From contig CM097886.1 in the NCBI GenBank assembly GCA_044892525.1, positions 103,416,001 to 103,480,000 on the forward strand: 64,000 bases of DNA, read 5' to 3'. This DNA comes from Schmidtea polychroa. Its lineage: Eukaryota. Shown in pieces: positions 13,497-25,718 of the stretch (positions are counted from its first letter, which is position 1; every line of letters begins with the position of its first letter). A program made the translations under genes and the position numbers. Below the pieces are notes generated by a model, which worked only from the letters and a program-made list of their open reading frames with translations, did not search any database and was not told the origin of the DNA.

Positions 13497-14556
13497 TTTG
13501 CACTGGGTATCANNNNNNNNNNNNNNNNNNNNNNNNNNNNNNNNNNNNNNNNNNNNNNNNNNNNNNNNNNNNNNNNNNNNNNNNNNNNNNNNNNNNNNNN
13601 NNNNNNNNNNNNNNNNNNNNNNNNNNNNNNNNNNNNNNNNNNNNNNNNNNNNNNNNNNAATTCAATGAATTCAATACTTTGAAAATAAATAATAAGAACT
13701 TTGAAAATAATTTGAAAATGATAATAATAATACTTTATAAATAAAAGAGGAATTTTGAAGAAAACAGTGATGATAAAAAAATATTGGAAATCATGAAAAT
13801 ATTGAAAATGATGAAAATGATGAAAATGATGGAAACGTTGAAAATTATGAAAATGTTCCTGAAAATAATCATCAAAATATTGAAAATCATGAATTGATGC
13901 AGATATTCAGATTTATGAATATTTAAGTAAATAATAATGAAGCATCGAAAATAAAATAATAAGAACTTTGCAAATAATAATAGTAATATTTCCCTGCGTG
14001 TGTATAACCCCTTTGAACAACCTTTAAAATATTAATAATAATAATAAGATGAAGAACTTTCAAAAAACTTTAAAAATAATAATTTAAAATAATAATAGTA
14101 AAGAAATATTGAAAAATATTGAAAATTATTAAAATATTCATGCAAATGATAAAAATGTTGAAAATCATGAAATAATAATTCTTTGACAATAATACTTTGA
14201 AAATATCTTTGAANNNNNNNNNNNNNNNNNNNNNNNNNNNNNNNNNNNNNNNNNNNNNNNNNNNNNNNNNNNNNNNNNNNNNNNNNNNNNNNNNNNNNNN
14301 NNNNNNNNNNNNNNNNNNNNNNNNNNNNNNNNNNNNNNNNNNNNNNNNNNNNNNNNNNNNNNNNNNNNNNNNNNNNNNNNNNNNNNNNNNNNNNNNNNNN
14401 NNNNNNNNNNNNNNNNNNNNNNNNNNNNNNNNNNNNNNNNNNNNNNNNNNNNNNNNNNNNNNNTAACTTTAAAAATAATAATTTAAAATAATAATAATAG
14501 CAAAATGTTGAAAATCATGAAATTGAAGTAGAACTTAAGTTTTATGAATAATTGCA

Positions 14557-14612
<56 letters not shown>

Positions 14613-14749
14613 GAAGAAGAAGAAGAAGAAGAAGAGTTTTCAAAATAACTTTAAAATAATTTTAAAATATTAAAGTCATATGAACTTTATTGAGCTTAGT
14701 GAGTCATCTGATCAATGATCTGATCCAGAATAATACTAAAAATAGATGT

Positions 14750-15595
14750 CTTTGTCACTAAAAATAGAATGACCTCGATGAGTCAGCGGACTTTGAGTCA
14801 TGGTCTTTGTTTAAATTACCTTGATAATAAAAAACTTGATGATAATAATAATAATCTTTAGAAATAATAATGACAATAAAAAGATATATGGCTCGTTCAA
14901 AAGATCATGCATTGGGCTTTAAAACGAGCAATCATTCAAAAAATTTCGTTGACTGAAACTTTGTAAATTTAAATTTTAAAATATAACCTTGAGAAAAAAT
15001 TGACCGTGAAAAAAAAATAACCTTGAAAAAAATAATATTTTAAAAAATAATAATAAAATAATCAAATGACCTTGAAAATGGTCTTGAGAAAATGTTAATA
15101 ACATCACCAATAATAATGATACTTTCAAACAACTCATGCGACAGGTTTTGTACCAAGCTTCAAAATCACCTATCGATCGATGAAATAAATTGATGGGAAC
15201 GATAACTTTTGGCATGCAAAATAGTAGAGGCACCGCTAGCACACTTAATAATATTTTTGCAAAATAATAATAAAATAAAAATATTTTTGAAAAATAATAA
15301 TATGACCTTGAGAATGACCCTAGTGGGTAATCGCGATGAGTCATATAACCTTGAAAATGACCTTGGAAGAATCACACGAAATTGATAATGATCTTGGATG
15401 AGTCACACGACAATGAAATGACCTTGAAATTTTTTTTACCTTAACGAGAAATCCGATGAGCCATGGTCTTAATTTAAAAGATCTTGAAAAAAATTTCACC
15501 TTCTTGAGACAAGCAATGAGACACATGAACTTGAAAAGAAAATTGATGAGTCATAGGGTGAGTAATGGTCTTTGTTTAAAATAGTAAAAAGTTTT
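14750..15595 (-). mobile_element. Degenerate Maverick-TIR-like region in inverted orientation (relic right end)
   Basis: GAGTCATGGTCTTTGTTTAAATTACCTTGA (~14797) and ATGGTCTTTGTTTAAAAT (~15567) match the reverse complement of the 31065-31100 TIR segment. TGACCTTGA and TGAGTCA motifs recur many times. Confidence 0.6.
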
Positions 15596-16255
15596 AGTTT
15601 CAAATCATAATTGTGATTATACACTATTGTATTACACACTTCTATTAAAACGGATGTACATTACACTGTTATAATATAACTAACCTCATTACACACTTGA
15701 TATTACTTTAGTTATTACACACCTGCAATAACTTCATTCCCCCACTTAAGCCCTAGCCCTCACTTTTTATTGTTTAGGGCCGCGTTGTGTGTGCGCTGTG
15801 CACAGAGACCCCGCCAAGAATCTGGGCAACCACTAAGAATCACTAAACAATAAAGAGAGGGGCATAAAAGAGAAAAGTGTACAGGAGTGAGTACAAGTGT
15901 GTAAGACAAGAGTAATGGCAGTTGTGCTTTGAGATACGTTTTAATATAAGATGTGTAATACAATATGCACAACACAGTAGATAGAGAAACAGACCTGGTT
16001 GCACAGCAGGAATAGTTCATAATATTACACACCAGTGAAAAGTTATGAAATGAAATTTAATATACAAGAAGGCATAAAATATCAATTAATATTGACATTC
16101 AAATTATGGATAGTCAAGAAAGATTGTTGCCAGACACTAGTCTACCATCAACATAAGAGGGAAATTCTACGTTAAACACTACTGACAACAGTAGAGCTCC
16201 ATTATTACATCCTCCGGTTAAACAACGGATAACATATGGAACAAGAGAACCTGTT

Positions 16256-17164
16256 ATGCCAAGAGAACCACAACAGATTACTAGACAATCATATAAAAGA
16301 TTCCTAGATGATATGAAGAATTACAGAATCGAAATGGATAAATGGTATGCAGGACAAGTATACCAATCGACTTCGAAAAGAAAGTGGCCTCAACAAAAAG
16401 AGGAACATGGATATAGAATAAAGGAACCATCATTTAAGAACCCTAAATTGGATACTCCAAGAATAAAAGAACCAACAAAAATGATTACTGGTCCTTTACC
16501 AAAACCGAGACCTAGACCGGCATTGGATGATTTGACAAAAGATATGTTATATAGACAGAGCCAAGATCAGGATTTACGATTAAAGTTATTGCAATCAGCT
16601 CGACAAAGAGACATAGACAGAGGGCTAACATGGAAAGGCGATACACAAATGTCATATGATGATTGGATTGCAAAGACTGAAAGAGATCGTTTTCCTTTGA
16701 CTGATAAAGAAAGAAGAAAAATGATAGATTACGATAGAAAGGTCAAAGCAGACTTACATGCTCAAATGGAAAAGCATAAATTGGATCCTAAGTATAAACC
16801 TAGTCACCATAGTAAGTCGTTATATGATATAAAACAATTCTTCGAATTCGAAAGAGAATTATTAATGAGGAATAAAGAAAAAGGTATTCCATTAGACAAA
16901 TGGAAAGCAAAGACAGATTTAAAAGGATTAAATGAGCCAATAAAGGAATTAGAACCATATAATGAGATTTTCGACAAACATAAAAAATGGTTAGAAACGA
17001 AAACGGAACATAATAAATGGGCAGTAAAGCAATTTGAAAATTTAAAATTACGTGGAAAAGAATTCCTGACCAGTTATATGCCACTACTAAAAACAGGTTT
17101 ACGTAACCTAGGCAAAATTGGTATTATAGCTTTAATTGACTTCGGGATACAAGGAGAAATATAA
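16256..17164 (+). CDS. Orphan 302-aa charged protein, array copy 1
   Basis: Intronless ORF repeated in all 4 units. An in-frame upstream ATG at 16106 is separated from it by one TAA. Confidence 0.6.
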   Translation: MPREPQQITRQSYKRFLDDMKNYRIEMDKWYAGQVYQSTSKRKWPQQKEEHGYRIKEPSFKNPKLDTPRIKEPTKMITGPLPKPRPRPALDDLTKDMLYRQSQDQDLRLKLLQSARQRDIDRGLTWKGDTQMSYDDWIAKTERDRFPLTDKERRKMIDYDRKVKADLHAQMEKHKLDPKYKPSHHSKSLYDIKQFFEFERELLMRNKEKGIPLDKWKAKTDLKGLNEPIKELEPYNEIFDKHKKWLETKTEHNKWAVKQFENLKLRGKEFLTSYMPLLKTGLRNLGKIGIIALIDFGIQGEI

Positions 17165-17550
17165 TAGTCAGCTAAACTATTCGATTAGTATTAGTAAAGG
17201 TCATAACGCAAAGGAGTTTAGATAGATTAACTGAGTGAAAAAGTGTGTAATTATACTTATCTATTTCTATTTATAACTCAGTCTCGTTACTATTATTAAT
17301 TCAAATATACCTTACTTTAATTCACAATTGTACACGAGTATGAGAGCCATGATGCAAAAGATTTTCTACTTTTCAAACTTTATTTACTTGGTCTTTGTGA
17401 CATTGCTTGTCTTTATATAAATTTTTATCAAATATATTTTTTTAATTATTTAACAAATTACATTTCAAATAAATAAAAATAAATATTTTAAAGTAGCTAT
17501 TTGTAAGCCAAATATATATATTAACTATCTAATATTAATATTTAACTACA

Positions 17551-18609
17551 ATGACAATTACAGATTTAGTTTCAAATCATAATTCTGATTATGCAAATTT
17601 TAATAGTAAAATAATAAAAAATAATAATAAAAATGCAAGAAAACGCAAAGTAAAATACAATGTTGTCTCAGTGGATTTTAAGTACAGCAAATCGAAATAT
17701 GAAAATGTTTACGACCCTGAAAGTAAGAAACCCGTTTCACTAATAAACCACGGGGTCAACTGCTACATGAACGCTGCTATCCAAAGTATTTTCACTCCTC
17801 TACATGAAATATACCAAAGACTGGATAATATTTCAATTCCAGCCAATTGTGGAGCTGTGATCTTACTAAAAAATCTAATGAAATCATATGAAAATCGAAA
17901 AAGCTTTTCAATTCGAGAATGTATTTCTAATTATTCAAAGCTCGAGTATTTCAGCAGTGAATTGTCGTGGAATCAGCAAGAAGATGCTCATGAGTTTTTG
18001 AATTGTTTTCTCAACAAATTACATAACGAATTAGGACTGGTGTCGACATCGGTCAAATCTCCTTTCGAAAGCGCACATGATTCTCGTTTCTTTTGTGATA
18101 ACTGTGGAAAATCGAATAGTTTAGAAAGTTCCAGTGTGGTGAAAGAAAATGTTCTATTTGTGAATGTTGGCAAAAACATGAATGAAATGATTGAGAAATC
18201 AACAAGTAACAAGGTTAATGGATTTAGTTGTGAAAATTGTGGAATAAAAGGCACAGCCAGCAACACTGCCGTTTTTTCAGAATTACCCAAATTTCTAATT
18301 ATTTGTGTTAAAAGATTTACCTATGATAATTATTGTGAAAGTGTAAAGAATTCAGATCAAATTGAAATCGAGGAATTTATTTCTGTCTCACTTAAAGAAA
18401 ACGACACAGTCAAACATGTAAAATATGAATTAATTTCAATAGTAAATCATCATGGAAGTGCGTTTGGTGGGCATTATAATTGTTGTTTAAAACATGAAAA
18501 CGTTTGGTACACAGCAGATGACGAATCCATTACAGAGTTCAGCTTCGATCAGGTCGTAAGCAGTTCCAGATCTTCATGTTATATACAGGTTTATGTAAAA
18601 AGAGAATAA
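17551..18609 (+). CDS. Ubiquitin-specific peptidase (USP, peptidase C19), intronless, copy 1
   Basis: Cys box LINHGVNCYMNAAIQ, QQEDAHEFL, CxxC pairs (CDNC, CENC), LPKFLIICVKRF, His box IVNHHGSAFGGHY and WYTADD. The catalytic C/H/D residues are intact. Confidence 0.93.
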   Translation: MTITDLVSNHNSDYANFNSKIIKNNNKNARKRKVKYNVVSVDFKYSKSKYENVYDPESKKPVSLINHGVNCYMNAAIQSIFTPLHEIYQRLDNISIPANCGAVILLKNLMKSYENRKSFSIRECISNYSKLEYFSSELSWNQQEDAHEFLNCFLNKLHNELGLVSTSVKSPFESAHDSRFFCDNCGKSNSLESSSVVKENVLFVNVGKNMNEMIEKSTSNKVNGFSCENCGIKGTASNTAVFSELPKFLIICVKRFTYDNYCESVKNSDQIEIEEFISVSLKENDTVKHVKYELISIVNHHGSAFGGHYNCCLKHENVWYTADDESITEFSFDQVVSSSRSSCYIQVYVKRE

Positions 18610-19159
18610 ATTCGAATGTATTGTTTATAAAACATTTTTAGTATCTATCATTTAAGTATAAATATACAAAGTAAAATATCTGTTTTTTCTATTATCATAA
18701 TAAAATTATTAATACTAATTTGTCTAAAATCTTATTTTTGATCGATTTTTTGAGATTAACTTTTCTTTGAAAGTAGTTGCTTCTATAATTAATTATGCGA
18801 AATTTTTGATTTTATTTTTTGATTTTATTTTATTTTATCAAATTTTAAAAGTTAATGAAAAATGTGCTTTAAAATATAGTAAAATTTCAAGTTTTCGATT
18901 TGAATATTATTAATGTCAGTTATTAATGTCAGTAAAAATAGCTCAAACTCAAGACACGAGTAGATAAATACGAATGCACTAGCTCACTATAGAATTAGTC
19001 TTCAATTAGCGCTTCAATTCGGCTAGAAGATGATGGTAATGTGATGTCCCATGGTCTATGTTTTAAATTCTGTCAATCACATCATGTTAAAGTAAATATT
19101 TTTCAAAATTTTCTCTAACATTTTGACACAAAATCCGGCTGCACATTAGCTCAAATGTA

Positions 19160-19357
19160 TCTAGGTCATGTAAGACGTAACCAACAGTTACTGCAGATAC
19201 AATGCTCGATACCTCAAAGATTCTATTCTGTCCCAAATTCGACTACCTCTATTACAAGTCTAGGTCATGTAAGACGTAACCAACAGTTACTGCAGATACA
19301 ATGCTCGATACCTCAAAGATTCTATTCTGTCCCAAATTCGACTACCTCTATTACAAG
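19160..19357 (+). repeat. 99-bp tandem repeat, 2 copies (unit 1)
   Basis: Perfect repeat TCTAGGTCATG...CTATTACAAG, period 99. Confidence 0.95.
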
Positions 19358-19571
19358 TCTGTTGTTCCAGGCATCAGTAAAATTATGAAAGCCCGCAACT
19401 ACGGTGCTAAAGAGAAATTGTGGTGCTGGACATGGGGCATGAACGAAAAGGGCGTATCAGATTATACACCTATGAGATGGGATTCATCGACAATATCGAA
19501 TCATATCCCTGGATTGAAGAATGCAACCCCATTCCGACAATATTCCTGAAAATTTCAGAAATCGTTAGATG

Positions 19572-19621
<50 letters not shown>

Positions 19622-19627
<6 letters not shown>

Positions 19628-20081
19628 GAATTATTTTTGCTGTGCAACCAGGTCTGTTTCTCTATCTACTGTGTTGTACACTATTGTATTACACACTTCT
19701 ATTAAAACGGATGTACATTACACTGTTATAATATAACTAACCTCATTACACACTTGATATTACTTTAGTTATTACACACCTGCAATAACTTCATTCCCCC
19801 ACTTAAGCCCTAGCCCTCACTTTTTATTGTTTAGGGCCGCGTTGTGTGTGCGCTGTGCACAGAGACCCCGCCAAGAATCTGGGCAACCACTAAGAATCAC
19901 TAAACAATAAAGAGAGGGGGATAAAAGAGAAAAGTGTACAGGAGTGAGTACAAGTGTGTAAGACAAGAGTAATGGCAGTTGTGCTTTGAGATACGTTTTA
20001 ATATAAGATGTGTAATACAATATGCACAACACAGTAGATAGAGAAACAGACCTGGTTGCACAGCAGGAATAGTTCATAATA
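19622..20081. mobile_element. ~460-bp fold-back / MITE-like element at the start of each unit (also 23733-24192, 27799-28258; left arm truncated in unit 1)
   Basis: Perfect 39-bp inverted repeat (19639-19677 vs 20026-20064) inside ~90-bp imperfect arms. Confidence 0.6.
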
Positions 20082-20312
20082 TTACACACCAGTGAAAAGT
20101 TATGAAATGAAATTTAATATACAAGAAGGCATAAAATATCAATTAATATTGACATTCAAATTATGGATAGTCAAGAAAGATTGTTGCCAGACACTAGTCT
20201 ACCATCAACATAAGAGGGAAATTCTACGTTAAACACTACTGACAACAGTAGAGCTCCATTATTACATCCTCCGGTTAAACAACGGATAACATATGGAACA
20301 AGAGAACCTGTT

Positions 20313-21221
20313 ATGCCAAGAGAACCACAACAGATTACTAGACAATCATATAAAAGATTCCTAGATGATATGAAGAATTACAGAATCGAAATGGATAAAT
20401 GGTATGCAGGACAAGTATACCAATCGACTTCGAAAAGAAAGTGGCCTCAACAAAAAGAGGAACATGGATATAGAATAAAGGAACCATCATTTAAGAACCC
20501 TAAATTGGATACTCCAAGAATAAAAGAACCAACAAAAATGATTACTGGTCCTTTACCAAAACCGAGACCTAGACCGGCATTGGATGATTTGACAAAAGAT
20601 ATGTTATATAGACAGAGCCAAGATCAGGATTTACGATTAAAGTTATTGCAATCAGCTCGACAAAGAGACATAGACAGAGGGCTAACATGGAAAGGCGATA
20701 CACAAATGTCATATGATGATTGGATTGCAAAGACTGAAAGAGATCGTTTTCCTTTGACTGATAAAGAAAGAAGAAAAATGATAGATTACGATAGAAAGGT
20801 CAAAGCAGACTTACATGCTCAAATGGAAAAGCATAAATTGGATCCTAAGTATAAACCTAGTCACCATAGTAAGTCGTTATATGATATAAAACAATTCTTC
20901 GAATTCGAAAGAGAATTATTAATGAGGAATAAAGAAAAAGGTATTCCATTAGACAAATGGAAAGCAAAGACAGATTTAAAAGGATTAAATGAGCCAATAA
21001 AGGAATTAGAACCATATAATGAGGTTTTCGACAAACATAAAAAATGGTTAGAAACGAAAACGGAACATAATAAATGGGCAGTAAAGCAATTTGAAAATTT
21101 AAAATTACGTGGAAAAGAATTCCTGACCAGTTATATGCCACTACTAAAAACAGGTTTACGTAACCTAGGCAAAATTGGTATTATAGCTTTAATTGACTTC
21201 GGGATACAAGGAGAAATATAA
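20313..21221 (+). CDS. Orphan 302-aa charged protein, array copy 2
   Basis: Differs from copy 1 by I->V (YNEI/YNEV). Confidence 0.6.
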   Translation: MPREPQQITRQSYKRFLDDMKNYRIEMDKWYAGQVYQSTSKRKWPQQKEEHGYRIKEPSFKNPKLDTPRIKEPTKMITGPLPKPRPRPALDDLTKDMLYRQSQDQDLRLKLLQSARQRDIDRGLTWKGDTQMSYDDWIAKTERDRFPLTDKERRKMIDYDRKVKADLHAQMEKHKLDPKYKPSHHSKSLYDIKQFFEFERELLMRNKEKGIPLDKWKAKTDLKGLNEPIKELEPYNEVFDKHKKWLETKTEHNKWAVKQFENLKLRGKEFLTSYMPLLKTGLRNLGKIGIIALIDFGIQGEI

Positions 21222-21607
21222 TAGTCAGCTAAACTATTCGATTAGTATTAGTAAAGGTCATAACGCAAAGGAGTTTAGATAGATTAACTGAGTGAAAAAG
21301 TGTGTAATTATACTTATCTATTTCTATTTATAACTCAGTCTCGTTACTATTATTAATTCAAATATACCTTACTTTAATTCACAATTGTACACGAGTATGA
21401 GAGCCATGATGCAAAAGATTTTCTACTTTTCAAACTTTATTTACTTGGTCTTTGTGACATTGCTTGTCTTTATATAAATTTTTATCAAATATATTTTTTT
21501 AATTATTTAACAAATTACATTTCAAATAAATAAAAATAAATATTTTAAAGTAGCTATTTGTAAGCCAAATATATATATTAACTATCTAATATTAATATTT
21601 AACTACA

Positions 21608-22666
21608 ATGACAATTACAGATTTAGTTTCAAATCATAATTCTGATTATGCAAATTTTAATAGTAAAATAATAAAAAATAATAATAAAAATGCAAGAAAA
21701 CGCAAAGTAAAATACAATGTTGTCTCAGTGGATTTTAAGTACAGCAAATCGAAATATGAAAATGTTTACGACCCTGAAAGTAAGAAACCCGTTTCACTAA
21801 TAAACCACGGGGTCAACTGCTACATGAACGCTGCTATCCAAAGTATTTTCACTCCTCTACATGAAATATACCAAAGACTGGATAATATTTCAATTCCAGC
21901 CAATTGTGGAGCTGTGATCTTACTAAAAAATCTAATGAAATCATATGAAAATCGAAAAAGCTTTTCAATTCGAGAATGTATTTCTAATTATTCAAAGCTC
22001 GAGTATTTCAGCAGTGAATTGTCGTGGAATCAGCAAGAAGATGCTCATGAGTTTTTGAATTGTTTTCTCAACAAATTACATAACGAATTAGGACTGGTGT
22101 CGACATCGGTCAAATCTCCTTTCGAAAGCGCACATGATTCTCGTTTCTTTTGTGATAACTGTGGAAAATCGAATAGTTTAGAAAGTTCCAGTGTGGTGAA
22201 AGAAAATGTTCTATTTGTGAATGTTGGCAAAAACATGAATGAAATGATTGAGAAATCAACAAGTAACAAGGTTAATGGATTTAGTTGTGAAAATTGTGGA
22301 ATAAAAGGCACAGCCAGCAACACTGCCGTTTTTTCAGAATTACCCAAATTTCTAATTATTTGTGTTAAAAGATTTACCTATGATAATTATTGTGAAAGTG
22401 TAAAGAATTCAGATCAAATTGAAATCGAGGAATTTATTTCTGTCTCACTTAAAGAAAACGACACAGTCAAACATATAAAATATGAATTAATTTCAATAGT
22501 AAATCATCATGGAAGTGCGTTTGGTGGGCATTATAATTGTTGTTTAAAACATGAAAACGTTTGGTACACAGCAGATGACGAATCCATTACAGAGTTCAGC
22601 TTCGATCAGGTCGTAAGCAGTTCCAGATCTTCATGTTATATACAGGTTTATGTAAAAAGAGAATAA
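21608..22666 (+). CDS. USP deubiquitinase, copy 2
   Basis: Same motifs as copy 1; one V->I change. Confidence 0.93.
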   Translation: MTITDLVSNHNSDYANFNSKIIKNNNKNARKRKVKYNVVSVDFKYSKSKYENVYDPESKKPVSLINHGVNCYMNAAIQSIFTPLHEIYQRLDNISIPANCGAVILLKNLMKSYENRKSFSIRECISNYSKLEYFSSELSWNQQEDAHEFLNCFLNKLHNELGLVSTSVKSPFESAHDSRFFCDNCGKSNSLESSSVVKENVLFVNVGKNMNEMIEKSTSNKVNGFSCENCGIKGTASNTAVFSELPKFLIICVKRFTYDNYCESVKNSDQIEIEEFISVSLKENDTVKHIKYELISIVNHHGSAFGGHYNCCLKHENVWYTADDESITEFSFDQVVSSSRSSCYIQVYVKRE

Positions 22667-23171
22667 ATTCGAATGTATTGTTTATAAAACATTTTTAGTA
22701 TCTATCATTTAAGTATAAATATACAAAGTAAAATATCTGTTTTTTCTATTATCATAATAAAATTATTAATACTAATTTGTCTAAAATCTTATTTTTGATC
22801 GATTTTTTGAGATTAACTTTTCTTTGAAAGTAGTTGCTTCTATAATTAATTATGCGAAATTTTTGATTTTATTTTTTGATTTTATTTTATTTTATCAAAT
22901 TTTAAAAGTTAATGAAAAATGTGCTTTAAAATATAGTGAAATTTCAAGTTTTCGATTTGAATATTATTAATGTCAGTTATTAATGTCAGTAAAAATAGCT
23001 CAAACTCAAGACACGAGTAGATAAATACGAATGCACTAGCTCACTATAGAATTAGTCTTCAATTAGCGCTTCAATTCGGCTAGAAGATGATGATAATGTT
23101 AAAGTAAATATTTTTCAAAATTTTCTCTAACATTTTGACACAAAATCCGGCTGCACACTAGCTCAAATGTA

Positions 23172-23468
23172 TCTAGGTCATGTAAGACGTAACCAACAGT
23201 TACTGCAGATACAATGCTCGATACCTCAAAGATTCTATTCTGTCCCAAATTCGACTACCTCTATTACAAGTCTAGGTCATGTAAGACGTAACCAACAGTT
23301 ACTGCAGATACAATGCTCGATACCTCAAAGATTCTATTCTGTCCCAAATTCGACTACCTCTATTACAAGTCTAGGTCATGTAAGACGTAACCAACAGTTA
23401 CTGCAGATACAATGCTCGATACCTCAAAGATTCTATTCTGTCCCAAATTCGACTACCTCTATTACAAG
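23172..23468 (+). repeat. 99-bp tandem repeat, 3 copies (unit 2)
   Basis: Same unit as 19160-19357 with one extra copy. Confidence 0.95.
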
Positions 23469-23682
23469 TCTGTTGTTCCAGGCATCAGTAAAATTATGAA
23501 AGCCCGCAACTACGGTGCTAAAGAGAAATTGTGGTGCTGGACATGGGGCATGAACGAAAAGGGCGTATCAGATTATACACCTATGAGATGGGATTCATCG
23601 ACAATATCGAATCATATCCCTGGATTGAAGAATGCAACCCCATTCCGACAATATTCCTGAAAATTTCAGAAATCGTTAGATG

Positions 23683-23738
<56 letters not shown>

Positions 23739-24423
23739 GAATTATTTTTGCTGTGCAACCAGGTCTGTTTCTCTATCTACTGTGTTGTACACTATTGTAT
23801 TACACACTTCTATTAAAACGGATGTACATTACACTGTTATAATATAACTAACCTCATTACACACTTGATATTACTTTAGTTATTACACACCTGCAATAAC
23901 TTCATTCCCCCACTTAAGCCCTAGCCCTCACTTTTTATTGTTTAGGGCCGCGTTGTGTGTGCGCTGTGCACAGAGACCCCGCCAAGAATCTGGGCAACCA
24001 CTAAGAATCACTAAACAATAAAGAGAGGGGGATAAAAGAGAAAAGTGTACAGGAGTGAGTACAAGTGTGTAAGACAAGAGTAATGGCAGTTGTGCTTTGA
24101 GATACGTTTTAATATAAGATGTGTAATACAATATGCACAACACAGTAGATAGAGAAACAGACCTGGTTGCACAGCAGGAATAGTTCATAATATTACACAC
24201 CAGTGAAAAGTTATGAAATGAAATTTAATATACAAGAAGGCATAAAATATCAATTAATATTGACATTCAAATTATGGATAGTCAAGAAAGATTGTTGCCA
24301 GACACTAGTCTACCATCAACATAAGAGGGAAATTCTACGTTAAACACTACTGACAACAGTAGAGCTCCATTATTACATCCTCCGGTTAAACAACGGATAA
24401 CATATGGAACAAGAGAACCTGTT

Positions 24424-25332
24424 ATGCCAAGAGAACCACAACAGATTACTAGACAATCATATAAAAGATTCCTAGATGATATGAAGAATTACAGAATCGA
24501 AATGGATAAATGATATGCAGGACAAGTATACCAATCGACTTCGAAAAGAAAGTGGCCTCAACAAAAAGAGGAACATGGATATAGAATAAAGGAACCATCA
24601 TTTAAGAACCCTAAATTGGATACTCCAAGAATAAAAGAACCAACAAAAATGATTACTGGTCCTTTACCAAAACCGAGACCTAGACCGGCATTGGATGATT
24701 TGACAAAAGATATGTTATATAGACAGAGCCAAGATCAGGATTTACGATTAAAGTTATTGCAATCAGCTCGACAAAGAGACATAGACAGAGGGCTAACATG
24801 GAAAGGCGATACACAAATGTCATATGATGATTGGATTGCAAAGACTGAAAGAGATCGTTTTCCTTTGACTGATAAAGAAAGAAGAAAAATGATAGATTAC
24901 GATAGAAAGGTCAAAGCAGACTTACATGCTCAAATGGAAAAGCATAAATTGGATCCTAAGTATAAACCTAGTCACCATAGTAAGTCGTTATATGATATAA
25001 AACAATTCTTCGAATTCGAAAGAGAATTATTAATGAGGAATAAAGAAAAAGGTATTCCATTAGACAAATGGAAAGCAAAGACAGATTTAAAAGGATTAAA
25101 TGAGCCAATAAAGGAATTAGAACCATATAATGAGGTTTTCGACAAACATAAAAAATGGTTAGAAACGAAAACGGAACATAATAAATGGGCAGTAAAGCAA
25201 TTTGAAAATTTAAAATTACGTGGAAAAGAATTCCTGACCAGTTATATGCCACTACTAAAAACAGGTTTACGTAACCTAGGCAAAATTGGTATTATAGCTT
25301 TAATTGACTTCGGGATACAAGGAGAAATATAA
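24424..25332 (+). pseudogene. Orphan 302-aa ORF, copy 3, with a nonsense mutation
   Basis: TGG->TGA at 24511-24513. Confidence 0.7.
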
Positions 25333-25718
25333 TAGTCAGCTAAACTATTCGATTAGTATTAGTAAAGGTCATAACGCAAAGGAGTTTAGATAGATTAACT
25401 GAGTGAAAAAGTGTGTAATTATACTTATCTATTTCTATTTATAACTCAGTCTCGTTACTATTATTAATTCAAATATACCTTACTTTAATTCACAATTGTA
25501 CACGAGTATGAGAGCCATGATGCAAAAGATTTTCTACTTTTCAAACTTTATTTACTTGGTCTTTGTGACATTGCTTGTCTTTATATAAATTTTTATCAAA
25601 TATATTTTTTTAATTATTTAACAAATTACATTTCAAATAAATAAAAATAAATATTTTAAAGTAGCTATTTGTAAGCCAAATATATATATTAACTATCTAA
25701 TATTAATATTTAACTACA

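Noticed and set aside
13117-14463. N runs as assembly gaps, and ORFs that span them
   Set aside because: N runs replace AAT tracts that are readable in sister copies (e.g. 47479-47627 vs ~42249-42373) and preserve frame, so they look like masking. ORFs made mostly of X carry no evidence.
15745-15760. AAGCCCTAGCCCT as a telomerase RNA template
   Set aside because: It would not template a known telomeric repeat (TTAGGG/TTAGGC) and no supporting structure is evident.
17988-18290. Antisense ORFs inside USP, the orphan ORF, ATPase, integrase, penton, polB and the transposase
   Set aside because: They lie wholly opposite well-supported genes and recur only because the parent sequence is duplicated.
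19160-19357. 99-bp direct repeats as a CRISPR array
   Set aside because: The repeats are contiguous with no unique spacers, are too long, have no cas genes nearby, and lie in a eukaryotic context.
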